From IMG/VR virus record IMGVR_UViG_3300045988_143259: DNA of 38,834 nt; one strand, given 5' to 3'. Under the pieces are notes generated by a model, which saw only the letters and a list, made by a program, of their open reading frames with translations, was not told the origin of the DNA and made no database searches. Source of the stretch: a virus. A program made the translations under genes and the position numbers. Shown here piece after piece: positions 32,099 through 38,505 of this stretch. Each line of letters starts with the position of its first letter. Position 1 is the stretch's first letter.

Positions 32099-32127
32099 TT
32101 GACTTTTTAAGCCGCTTATGGTTTAAT
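32099..32127 (+). promoter_or_regulatory. rightward (repressor) promoter
   Basis: TTGACT (32099-32104), 17 nt, TTTAAT (32122-32127). The palindrome TAAGCCGCTTA (32108-32118) lies in the spacer. AGGAGG at 32134-32139. Confidence 0.65.
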
Positions 32128-32146
32128 TATATCAGGAGGTGGGGTG

Positions 32147-32539
32147 ATGGAGTCCCTAGGTGAACGAATAAAGAAAGTGATGGAAGTGCGTGGAAAAAAT
32201 CAGACCGAATTTGCTGCAACGCTCGGCTTATCATCCGCGGCAATTTCGCAAATGATTTCCGGAAAATCCGGCGCATCAAACGGAACGTTGTTTCGTATTT
32301 CCGACGTTTTCAACATAAACTTGGAGTGGTTGAAAACAGGAGAAGGGAACATGGAGAAAGCGCTGCCGTTGAAACGCGAACTAACAGCACGTTTCTCTCA
32401 ACTAATCGGCACAGATATGCCGTATCGAGACGAAATAATCTGTTGTCTATCTGATCTCGGACCGGCTGAATGGAAAATTATTGGAGCGACAATAATCAAA
32501 ATGGCCGATAAGATCAAAGAAAGTGAAGCCGGAGAATAA
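32147..32539 (+). CDS. XRE/cI-type HTH repressor
   Basis: GERIKKVMEVRGKNQTEFAATLGLSSAAISQMISGKSGASNGTLFRISDVFNINLEWLKTGEG is an HTH_3 domain. It is followed by a roughly 60-aa C-terminal domain. Confidence 0.9.
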   Translation: MESLGERIKKVMEVRGKNQTEFAATLGLSSAAISQMISGKSGASNGTLFRISDVFNINLEWLKTGEGNMEKALPLKRELTARFSQLIGTDMPYRDEIICCLSDLGPAEWKIIGATIIKMADKIKESEAGE

Positions 32540-32588
32540 GTTATCCCTTCCGCCGGGTGGCGGGTAAAAATAAACGTAGGAGGATAAC

Positions 32589-33215
32589 ATGAGAAAAGAA
32601 GGACAGGGCGGGCCGAAAAAGCCCGTGTACAAGAGGGTTTGGTTTTGGGTGCTAGTCGTGGTCGTTGTGTTTTTCGTTGCGGTCATGGCAACGCCACTGC
32701 CGGAGGATAGCGGAACAGAGCAGGAGGAACAGAGTGCCGCCGTCGAACAGCAGAAAGAAGAAACCACTGAACCGGCAGAGGAAGAGGCTCCCGCTGTGGA
32801 TGCCCCGGACGTTGCAAAGGACCTGGACAGTAAATATTGCACTTACGTCCGCATGAGCAACAACTGTCTCAAGGGCGTACTAGATGAGGATAATGACCCT
32901 GCGACAACGTACACAAAGTGTACCAAGTCCAAAGACTTTTTTATGCAGGCGCAGGAGAAAATCAGCGCAGCCCGTACCGATGCCATCAAGGACGTGGCTG
33001 ACTGCGCAGAGGCTATTGTACAGTGCATGTACTCCGCTTGCGGAAATATCCAGAAATACCTGGATGACGGGAAAACCAGAGATTTGAGTGCCGCTCAGAC
33101 GGACATTCAGGACATGAACACCCTGAAAACGGAGTTCGAGATGCGGCGGCAGGCATACCTGGAAAAATGCGGAATCGGCGATCAGTACGAACCGCTGAAT
33201 TACGATTACGAGTGA
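32589..33215 (+). CDS. signal-anchored envelope protein with an acidic linker and a Cys-containing helical ectodomain
   Basis: The ATG follows AGGAGGATAAC. TM segment VWFWVLVVVVVFFVAVMA, then an E/Q/A/P-rich linker and a 130-aa domain with 6 Cys. Confidence 0.75.
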   Translation: MRKEGQGGPKKPVYKRVWFWVLVVVVVFFVAVMATPLPEDSGTEQEEQSAAVEQQKEETTEPAEEEAPAVDAPDVAKDLDSKYCTYVRMSNNCLKGVLDEDNDPATTYTKCTKSKDFFMQAQEKISAARTDAIKDVADCAEAIVQCMYSACGNIQKYLDDGKTRDLSAAQTDIQDMNTLKTEFEMRRQAYLEKCGIGDQYEPLNYDYE

Positions 33216-33226
33216 GGGTAGTGGAC

Positions 33227-33964
33227 ATGAAAGAGAGAACAAGGGGATTTGTCGCCGGCTTTCTGTTGTGTGCCCTGCTAATCGGGCTAGGGATTCCAGT
33301 TGGAGCTGCAACGTACAAAAAAGCCGTCGAGATTTACTACCGGGATGTGAAAATCACGCTGGATGGCCAGAAGGTTACACCCAAAGACGCACAAGGTCGA
33401 GCTGTGGAGCCGTTTATCATGGATGGGACGACCTATCTTCCCGTTCGCGGAATCGCTTCTGCATTGGGGATGGGCGTTGACTGGGATAACAGCACCAGCA
33501 CCGTAAAGCTCCACAGCAACGGGAATAGCGGTGTCTTGGATGATGTTTATGCTCTACTGGATTTCACTGGTCACAGCGTTTGGTCGCAGACAGAAACCGT
33601 TGAAATCATCCACGGAGACACACCAACAGAAACGTGGAAGGACTGTATGTATTTCCTGGGTGACGGTAGGTTCTACTGCTATCAGTATTCACTGGATTCC
33701 ACAAGTGATTATGGAATCGAAGGCGAGTACAATGTTGTAGACGGCTGTCTGAATATCGTGTATCAGATAGATTATAACCAGAACGAAAACACCCGCGATA
33801 TTTACAAAATCAGAACAGAGGGAAATGCCATAGTTTTGGAGTACGTATCCGGTGCCGGACTGTTTACCGGAAAGTATACGCAGGACGAAGAATGGACACA
33901 GTACGACATTGGGAAAAAGGTAGATGAGGCATTCCACAAGTATGATGATGCCCCCTATAAGTAA
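33227..33964 (+). CDS. secreted protein with a copper-amine-oxidase N-terminal (stalk-like) domain
   Basis: Signal peptide FVAGFLLCALLIGLGIPVGAA. VKITLDGQKV...PFIMDGTTYLPVRGIASALGMGVDWDNSTSTVKL fits the Cu_amine_oxidN1 pattern. Confidence 0.8.
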   Translation: MKERTRGFVAGFLLCALLIGLGIPVGAATYKKAVEIYYRDVKITLDGQKVTPKDAQGRAVEPFIMDGTTYLPVRGIASALGMGVDWDNSTSTVKLHSNGNSGVLDDVYALLDFTGHSVWSQTETVEIIHGDTPTETWKDCMYFLGDGRFYCYQYSLDSTSDYGIEGEYNVVDGCLNIVYQIDYNQNENTRDIYKIRTEGNAIVLEYVSGAGLFTGKYTQDEEWTQYDIGKKVDEAFHKYDDAPYK

Positions 33965-33985
33965 GCCTGTAAAAGGGCATAAAAA

Positions 33986-34014
33986 GGCCGGCCCTTTCGG
34001 GTCGGCACTTTTTT
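33986..34014. terminator. bidirectional intrinsic terminator
   Basis: ggccggccc-tttc-gggtcggc, followed by ACTTTTTT on the plus strand and CTTTTTAT on the minus strand. Confidence 0.8.
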
Positions 34015-34126
34015 AACCTTTTAGCAGTCCCCGAACAAAGATCAGCACGATCTCTGCCTTCCAATCGGGTAACTGTTCCATGATTTTAACGATTTCTGTT
34101 AACATTTCCTTCCTGGTTTGCTCCAT
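34013..34126 (-). CDS. unannotated 37-aa helical mini-protein
   Basis: ATG 34126 lies 5 nt after AGGAGG. The product is MEQTRKEMLTEIVKIMEQLPDWKAEIVLIFVRGLLKG. Confidence 0.55.
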   Translation of the reverse strand: MEQTRKEMLTEIVKIMEQLPDWKAEIVLIFVRGLLKG

Positions 34127-34135
34127 GTAATCCTC

Positions 34136-34294
34136 CTAACCAGTCGAATAAAGTCGCTGGACGTAAGCTAATACTAACCGCAACCGCCGCCCGTCCATTT
34201 TTTCCAGCAGTTGCGTGATCTGGGCCACAAGCATCATGGTTTCCAATCGAATCGTCTCCTTCCATTTTATCAACATCCGTTCGCTGTCTACCAT
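34136..34294 (-). CDS. unannotated 52-aa helical mini-protein, coupled to the 37-aa ORF
   Basis: ATG 34294 follows GAAAGGG. The stop TAG is part of the next RBS (TAGGAGG). The product is ...MMLVAQITQLLEKMDGRRLRLVLAYVQRLYSTG. Confidence 0.5.
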   Translation of the reverse strand: MVDSERMLIKWKETIRLETMMLVAQITQLLEKMDGRRLRLVLAYVQRLYSTG

Positions 34295-34376
34295 ATTCTA
34301 GCCCTTTCTCATGGAAACCATATTCTTCCAAAGATGCAGAACAACAACAAAAAACGTCGAAAGAAGGGGAAAATTG

Positions 34377-35630
34377 ATGAAGAAAGACACAAAGTACAAA
34401 TACGTCCGAAAAACAATGACTTGGGAAGGGCGGAGATATGAGGTTACAGGGAAAACGGAAGCGGAGGCAATGGAGAAGCTGGGGGCGCTGAAAGAGACGC
34501 TGCGGCGGGGTGAGGGGACCATCGGGCCGGACGTGACGGTTGACCGGTGGTTCCGGGAGTGGTTTGATTTGTACAAGGTTCCGGCGGGGCTGACCAAGAA
34601 ATCGTTGGGGATGTACGGGGAGAAATACAGGGGTTATATTGGCCCCGCCATCGGGCGGATGAGACTGCGAGAAGTGCGAGAGGCGCATTTACAGCGCATC
34701 CTCAACAGTCAGGCCGGGCGCTCCTACTCCCACGTCTCGAAGCTACGGCTGGTGATGACGGAGATGTTTTCCAGAGCTGCAAGCACCCGGCTTATCCCAT
34801 TTGACCCATCGACCAAACTGGAGCTGCCAGAAAACAAAAAAGGCACCCATCGTTCGCTCACGCCCGAAGAGCGAGAGCTTTTTCTCTCAGTCGCGCAGAC
34901 TCATCGGGCCGGGCTGTTTATCCTAACGATCCTGTATGCAGGTCTGCGCCCCGGCGAAGCCGCCGCGCTGAACTGGGAAGACATTGATTTTGATCGGAGA
35001 GAAATCATCGTGCATAAAGCTGTGGAGAGCGGCAACGAAAACATCAAGGACACCAAGACGCCGGCAGGGCGGCGAGAGATCCCCATGAACGCCGTTCTGA
35101 CCCAGCGGATGTTAGAGGCCAGAGGGAAACCAAAGGAGCCGGTGTTCCGGGTGCGGACCGGGAAGCGCGTCGACCACCAGGCAATCCGCCGCATGTGGAC
35201 ATCGTTTATGCGGGAGGTAGATATCCGCATGGGGGCAAAAACATACCGCAACAAAATCATCGAAAGCGCCCTGCCGCCCGGCCTGACCGCCTACTGCCTG
35301 CGCCACACCTTCTGCACGGACCTCCAACGTTCCGAAACCCCCATCAACGTGGCCAAAGAGCTGATGGGCCACCAGGATGTAAGCACAACAGCCAACATCT
35401 ACACCCACAAAGATCAGGATGTTTTGCGAAAATTTATTGATAAAACCGAAAACTACAACATCACCGAGACAAAATCTGTGTGTTATGCTGATGCTTTAGC
35501 CCTGGCAATAGGCCAGGGAGTGGCAGATTTCGGCCTACCAAAGCCAAAAATCACAGTTCACACCACATCCTACACCACCCCCGCCGAACCGGTCCCCGTG
35601 GAAAACCCCGTGGAAAAAGTTTTCGGGTAA
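34377..35630 (+). CDS. int: tyrosine integrase
   Basis: N-terminal KYKYVRKTMTWEGRRYEVTGKTEAEAMEKL arm-binding type. Catalytic residues in LRPGEAAAL (R), CLRHTF (HxxR) and GHQDVSTTANIYTH (H..Y). An unusually long tail of about 75 aa follows the Tyr. Confidence 0.9.
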   Translation: MKKDTKYKYVRKTMTWEGRRYEVTGKTEAEAMEKLGALKETLRRGEGTIGPDVTVDRWFREWFDLYKVPAGLTKKSLGMYGEKYRGYIGPAIGRMRLREVREAHLQRILNSQAGRSYSHVSKLRLVMTEMFSRAASTRLIPFDPSTKLELPENKKGTHRSLTPEERELFLSVAQTHRAGLFILTILYAGLRPGEAAALNWEDIDFDRREIIVHKAVESGNENIKDTKTPAGRREIPMNAVLTQRMLEARGKPKEPVFRVRTGKRVDHQAIRRMWTSFMREVDIRMGAKTYRNKIIESALPPGLTAYCLRHTFCTDLQRSETPINVAKELMGHQDVSTTANIYTHKDQDVLRKFIDKTENYNITETKSVCYADALALAIGQGVADFGLPKPKITVHTTSYTTPAEPVPVENPVEKVFG

Positions 35631-35680
35631 ACGCTGAAACCACTGCGCCGCAAGAGTTTTAGAGAGAAACAACTCCCTGC

Positions 35681-35725
35681 TTCCGGTTCTGAGGGTTGGG
35701 GGTTCGAGTCCCTTCTGGCGTGCCA
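35681..35725 (+). other. attP core: 3' half of a tRNA gene (anticodon loop to CCA)
   Basis: ggggg-ttcgagt-ccctt T-arm, then exactly 7 nt (ctggcgt) + g + cca. Counting back gives variable loop gggtt, stem tctga and loop ttCCGgt (anticodon CCG, Arg). No complementary 5' half lies upstream. Confidence 0.7.
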
Positions 35726-35730
35726 AAAAG

Positions 35731-35775
35731 AAAAAGCCGAAAAGTCCTTGATTTTCAAGGGTTTTTCGGCTTTTC
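35731..35775. terminator. bidirectional long-hairpin terminator directly after the tRNA 3' end
   Basis: agccgaaaa-[ccttga-ttt-tcaagg]-tttttcggct, with T-runs on both strands. Confidence 0.8.
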
Positions 35776-35879
35776 TGCTTGTTCTAAAATCCCGAATCAC
35801 TGCCTTTTAGCTGGCAAAAACTAGGGAAAAACACCGGTTTTTCCAGGTTTCAGGTGTGGAAAGGACGTGGAAAAAAATC

Positions 35880-36185
35880 TCACATCCCCTCGATCTTCCC
35901 CCGCACCTTCGCCACCCACGGCTCCGTCCGCTCCTCGGTCAGCTCACAAATCGCCGAAATCCCGGCCTTGTTGTCCTCCTCGGTGGCGTCCCGGCAAATC
36001 TTTCTCATCATGTCCATGAGCATGTCCCGATGTCCCAGCTCCTGGCTGGCCATGGTCGCATAGCTCCGAGCCATGTTAGGATCGTACTCTCTCAGTTTTT
36101 TGGCGATTTTGCCATAGTGCTGCGCCCCCATGATTTCATCGTCAATGTCGGCGGCGATGGATTTGATCTGCTCCAGTTTCGTCAT
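35880..36185 (-). CDS. island gene E: 101-aa helical protein with a ferritin-like E..H motif
   Basis: ATG 36185 follows GAGGTG. The product is MTKLEQIKSIAADIDDEIMGAQHYGKIAKK...MASQELGHRDMLMDMM. Confidence 0.7.
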   Translation of the reverse strand: MTKLEQIKSIAADIDDEIMGAQHYGKIAKKLREYDPNMARSYATMASQELGHRDMLMDMMRKICRDATEEDNKAGISAICELTEERTEPWVAKVRGKIEGM

Positions 36186-36195
36186 GGCAATCACC

Positions 36196-36594
36196 TCAGA
36201 TCTTGTCCACGGTGACGGCGATATTGGAAACGGTAGCGGCGGCAGACAGCACCACAGTATAAGTGGCTCCGGCGCAGTTGCCAAACTGACGCACCATCGC
36301 GGTGAGCGGCAGCGTCACAGCCTCACCCACAGCGGCGGCGGTGACGGTAGCGGTAGCACCAGGCACGGCCACACCGTCCCGCATCAGCGTGGCGGTGATA
36401 GCCCCGGCGGCGGCAGGCAGGGCAGTCAGTACGATGTCAAAATCGTAATAGCCCGCGCCGTTGATGATGATGCCGTTGCCGTTGAGGTTGATATTACAGC
36501 CGAACCGGCGGTTGATGCTCCCCAGCGGGATCGAGCCGCCCGCCGTAGCGGTGGCCCCGGTGTTTACGGTATAGATACCAGAGTTACAGCTCAT
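36196..36594 (-). CDS. island gene D: 132-aa Ala/Thr/Gly-rich all-beta protein, C1q/TNF-like (BclA C-terminal-domain-like)
   Basis: ATG 36594 follows GAGAGAGGAGC. The pattern GGSIPLGSI...INGAGYYDFDIVL...LMRDGVAVPGATATV...LPLTAMV resembles the BclA_C jelly-roll. There are no collagen repeats. Confidence 0.6.
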   Translation of the reverse strand: MSCNSGIYTVNTGATATAGGSIPLGSINRRFGCNINLNGNGIIINGAGYYDFDIVLTALPAAAGAITATLMRDGVAVPGATATVTAAAVGEAVTLPLTAMVRQFGNCAGATYTVVLSAAATVSNIAVTVDKI

Positions 36595-36612
36595 AATTTT
36601 TGCTCCTCTCTC

Positions 36613-36645
36613 AAAAAACAGAGGCGGGGACATTCGCCCCCGCCC
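36613..36645 (-). terminator. internal intrinsic terminator between island genes C and D
   Basis: Minus strand: ggcgggg-cgaatgt-ccccgcc, followed by TCTGTTTTTT. Confidence 0.75.
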
Positions 36646-36664
36646 ACCCGGTCAACGTGACCAA

Positions 36665-37258
36665 TCAGATGTTGCCGTTGCTACACCCGCCGAAAAACGG
36701 GTTGCAGTTGGTTGCATACGCAGTGCTGGTAGGATACCGCACCACGCCGCACATGGCCTGAGCAAGCTCAAGCTGCTGGATGCGAGCAGCCATAGCCGCC
36801 TCACGGTCCGCGCACATTTTGTCCAGCACCTTCTGGATGCCAGCGGTGATGTTTGCGTTGGTAGCCGCGTTGTAGTTGGCCATGTCAAACCGCACACTGT
36901 CGATATTGCGCTGGGTGGTGCAGCAGCACTCAGCGATCTGCGCCATCAGGTCCCGGAAATTGCCCTGGGTGGAATAGCCCAGGTCGCAGATGCCCTTAGT
37001 CAGGTTGATGTTTACGCCATCCAACTGGTCACTCAGACGACCAACTGCGCCCTTCATTTCGACAAACGAGTTGGCGCTGCACAAGTCCGCCTCGGTGACG
37101 GGGTTGCCGTTGCTCCGGCCACCGAACCCGAAACCGCCGCCGAACATAAAAATGATGGCGAACAGAATGATCAGGATGAAGCCGTTGCCCCAGCCTTTTC
37201 CGTCGCCACCGCCGCCCAGAACAGCGGCGATGTCGGACAAGCTAAAATTGCTATCCAT
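36665..37258 (-). CDS. island gene C: bitopic membrane protein with a Gly-zipper TM and a 9-Cys Asn/Gly-rich C-terminal domain
   Basis: ATG 37258 follows AAGGAG. N-terminal GGGGDGKGWGNGFILIILFAIIFMFGGGFGFGG, then ...GICDLGY...IAECCCTTQRNID...NCNPFFGGCSNGNI. Confidence 0.75.
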   Translation of the reverse strand: MDSNFSLSDIAAVLGGGGDGKGWGNGFILIILFAIIFMFGGGFGFGGRSNGNPVTEADLCSANSFVEMKGAVGRLSDQLDGVNINLTKGICDLGYSTQGNFRDLMAQIAECCCTTQRNIDSVRFDMANYNAATNANITAGIQKVLDKMCADREAAMAARIQQLELAQAMCGVVRYPTSTAYATNCNPFFGGCSNGNI

Positions 37259-37317
37259 GTTATTTTTCTCCTTTTCGGGAATTTTATCAGCGGTTGGCCA
37301 CCCCGCAGATAATCATG

Positions 37318-37545
37318 TTAAAAAAGCCCCTTGAATTGGTTCAGGTCGATGCCGTGCTCCGCGGCCACCTGCTCCGGGGTTTTGCCTTTGCAGCTCTGCA
37401 CAAACTGGGCAAACTGCGGATTTCTCTGCATCAACAGAGGAATCAGTTTCTCAGGATCCTTGCCTTTCAATGTGGAAATCAGTTGCGCGATCATGGCAAC
37501 CGGATTTGCTCCACCGGCAGCCTTCTGAAATAATGGGTTACTCAT
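37318..37545 (-). CDS. island gene B: 75-aa helical protein
   Basis: ATG 37545 lies 7 nt after GGAGGG, in an ATGAGTAA overlap with gene A. The product is MSNPLFQKAAGGANPVAMIAQL...LMQRNPQFAQFVQSCKGKTPEQV. Confidence 0.7.
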   Translation of the reverse strand: MSNPLFQKAAGGANPVAMIAQLISTLKGKDPEKLIPLLMQRNPQFAQFVQSCKGKTPEQVAAEHGIDLNQFKGLF

Positions 37546-37930
37546 CCGCAAACCCTCCGATCTGTTCGTTTAATTTATTCAAAAATTCGGAAAACTCCGC
37601 CTTGGTCACAAACTCTGGTTCCGCCGCTTTCTGTGTAGCCTCCGGGTCGTATTTTTCAAAACGGTAATAGTTAGTCGTGGTGATGCCAGTGGTGTCCGCC
37701 TCTTTCACAGCAAACACCGGTTCTCCCTGCGCCATGATCCAGGCCTTCACACCCGGTTGTACGCTCACGTTAGCGATGTCAGCTACTCCGGGTACCAGAA
37801 CCCACCCAGGCCCATTCTGACGCTCCTGGGCGCTTCCTGCACCCTGTGGCGGCGTCTGACGTTGCCACCATGGGCTTTGCATCGACATTTGCCCCCATCC
37901 AGTCATCACGGGATAGCCTAACTCAAACAT
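37538..37930 (-). CDS. island gene A: 130-aa protein with a Q/P/W-rich N-terminus and a small beta-rich core
   Basis: ATG 37930 lies 8 nt after GGAGG. The core is GWVLVPGVADIANVSVQPGVKAWIMAQGEPVFAVKEADTTG. Confidence 0.7.
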   Translation of the reverse strand: MFELGYPVMTGWGQMSMQSPWWQRQTPPQGAGSAQERQNGPGWVLVPGVADIANVSVQPGVKAWIMAQGEPVFAVKEADTTGITTTNYYRFEKYDPEATQKAAEPEFVTKAEFSEFLNKLNEQIGGFADE

Positions 37931-37955
37931 CCTGCATCCCTCCGTTTCTGTTAAA

Positions 37956-37964
37956 ATCGTACCA
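37956..37964 (-). promoter_or_regulatory. extended -10 promoter element for island operon A-E
   Basis: Minus strand TGgTACGAT. The same TGgTA architecture occurs at 31116-31124 and 38079-38087. Confidence 0.45.
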
Positions 37965-37984
37965 AATTTTTACAGCCCACTTGT

Positions 37985-38028
37985 CCAAACCATGCCCAAT
38001 TCCTGCTCAATTTATGCTCAATTTATGC
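37985..38028. repeat. four phased 11-bp tandem repeats upstream of the A-E promoter
   Basis: ccaaaccatgc / ccaattcctgc / tcaatttatgc / tcaatttatgc. The last two are identical. Confidence 0.8.
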
Positions 38029-38036
38029 CCAACAAA

Positions 38037-38064
38037 AAGCCCGCCCCCAAAATGGGACGGGTTT
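38037..38064 (-). terminator. intrinsic terminator oriented leftward in the island spacer
   Basis: Stem cccgcccc/gggacggg with one mismatch, followed on the minus strand by CTTTTTGTT. Confidence 0.5.
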
Positions 38065-38093
38065 CGACACTGGGAATGTGGTATTTTATAGCT

Positions 38094-38164
38094 ACCTTAT
38101 TCTCCCCCAGAGAAAAGGCAGCCCCCACCGGCACGTTGCAGAAAACCGGCGGGGGCTTTTGTTT
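38094..38164 (+). ncRNA. candidate small RNA (extended -10 at 38079-38087 to terminator at 38121-38164)
   Basis: TGgTATTTT promoter element. An 11-bp stem gcccccaccgg/ccggcgggggc (one mismatch) is followed by TTTTGTTT. The 5' part carries ccttattctccccc (anti-Shine-Dalgarno-like). Confidence 0.3.
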
Positions 38165-38171
38165 CGTCATA

Positions 38172-38239
38172 TTGTACGGAAATTATACGGATATTTAGGT
38201 AATATGCCTATTGCGTTGTACGGAAAAAAGTCGTATAAT
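38172..38239 (+). promoter_or_regulatory. promoter and direct-repeat operators of the plus-strand regulator cassette
   Basis: TTGCGT (38211-16), 17 nt, TATAAT (38234-39). The direct repeat ttgtacggaaa occurs at 38172-38182 and 38216-38226, 44 nt apart. Confidence 0.55.
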
Positions 38240-38289
38240 AAGGACAGTTAAGAGAGAAACCCACAGAATAAAAAACGGAGGCAAACAAA

Positions 38290-38484
38290 ATGACTAAGAC
38301 CTACTTTTTCCCTGATGACTACACCGAATTTGACATTTTCGGTCAGGAGATGCCCGTTTGTATCGACCGCGCAGAGTGTGAGCGGCTGGCTAGAGAATAT
38401 GAAATGACCGTGGCAGAATTCATGGACCACATGCATGAGGCCAGCGAGAGTGAGATTGCAGAGTACGGAGTGTATGCAGAGTAA
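38290..38484 (+). CDS. small very acidic protein (64 aa)
   Basis: The ATG follows ACGGAGG. About 17 of 64 residues are Asp/Glu. The product is MTKTYFFPDDYTEFDIFGQEMPVCIDRAECERLAREYEMTVAEFMDHMHEASESEIAEYGVYAE. Confidence 0.7.
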   Translation: MTKTYFFPDDYTEFDIFGQEMPVCIDRAECERLAREYEMTVAEFMDHMHEASESEIAEYGVYAE

Positions 38485-38505
38485 GCATGGATGGAGGTTT
38501 GAGAA

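Noticed and set aside
34086-34688. 200-aa minus-strand ORF overlapping the integrase 5' end
   Set aside because: It is antisense to a clear tyrosine integrase and is Pro/Arg-rich. The real minus-strand coding here seems limited to the two mini-ORFs in other frames (34013..34126 and 34136..34294).
35631-35725. Possibility of a complete (type II, long-arm) tRNA gene
   Set aside because: Only the T-arm, acceptor 3' strand and CCA fold correctly. The candidate 5' acceptor (acgctga or gcgccgc), D-arm and 5' anticodon stem (cctgc versus tctga) do not pair. I interpret it as a half-tRNA attP core. ORFs 35535..35726 and 35570..35800 are read-throughs of this RNA-like sequence.
38018-38170. 50-codon minus-strand ORF (MTKQKPPPVFCNVPVG...) in the island spacer
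   Set aside because: It has no Shine-Dalgarno sequence. It runs straight through two terminator hairpins and into the 11-mer repeats, and the sequence is Pro/Gly-rich. The region is more plausibly transcribed as non-coding RNA.
37992-38198. 68-aa and 81-aa plus-strand ORFs (37846..38091 and 37992..38198) in the same spacer
   Set aside because: Neither has an RBS. Both overlap repeats and terminators, and one begins inside island gene A in antisense.
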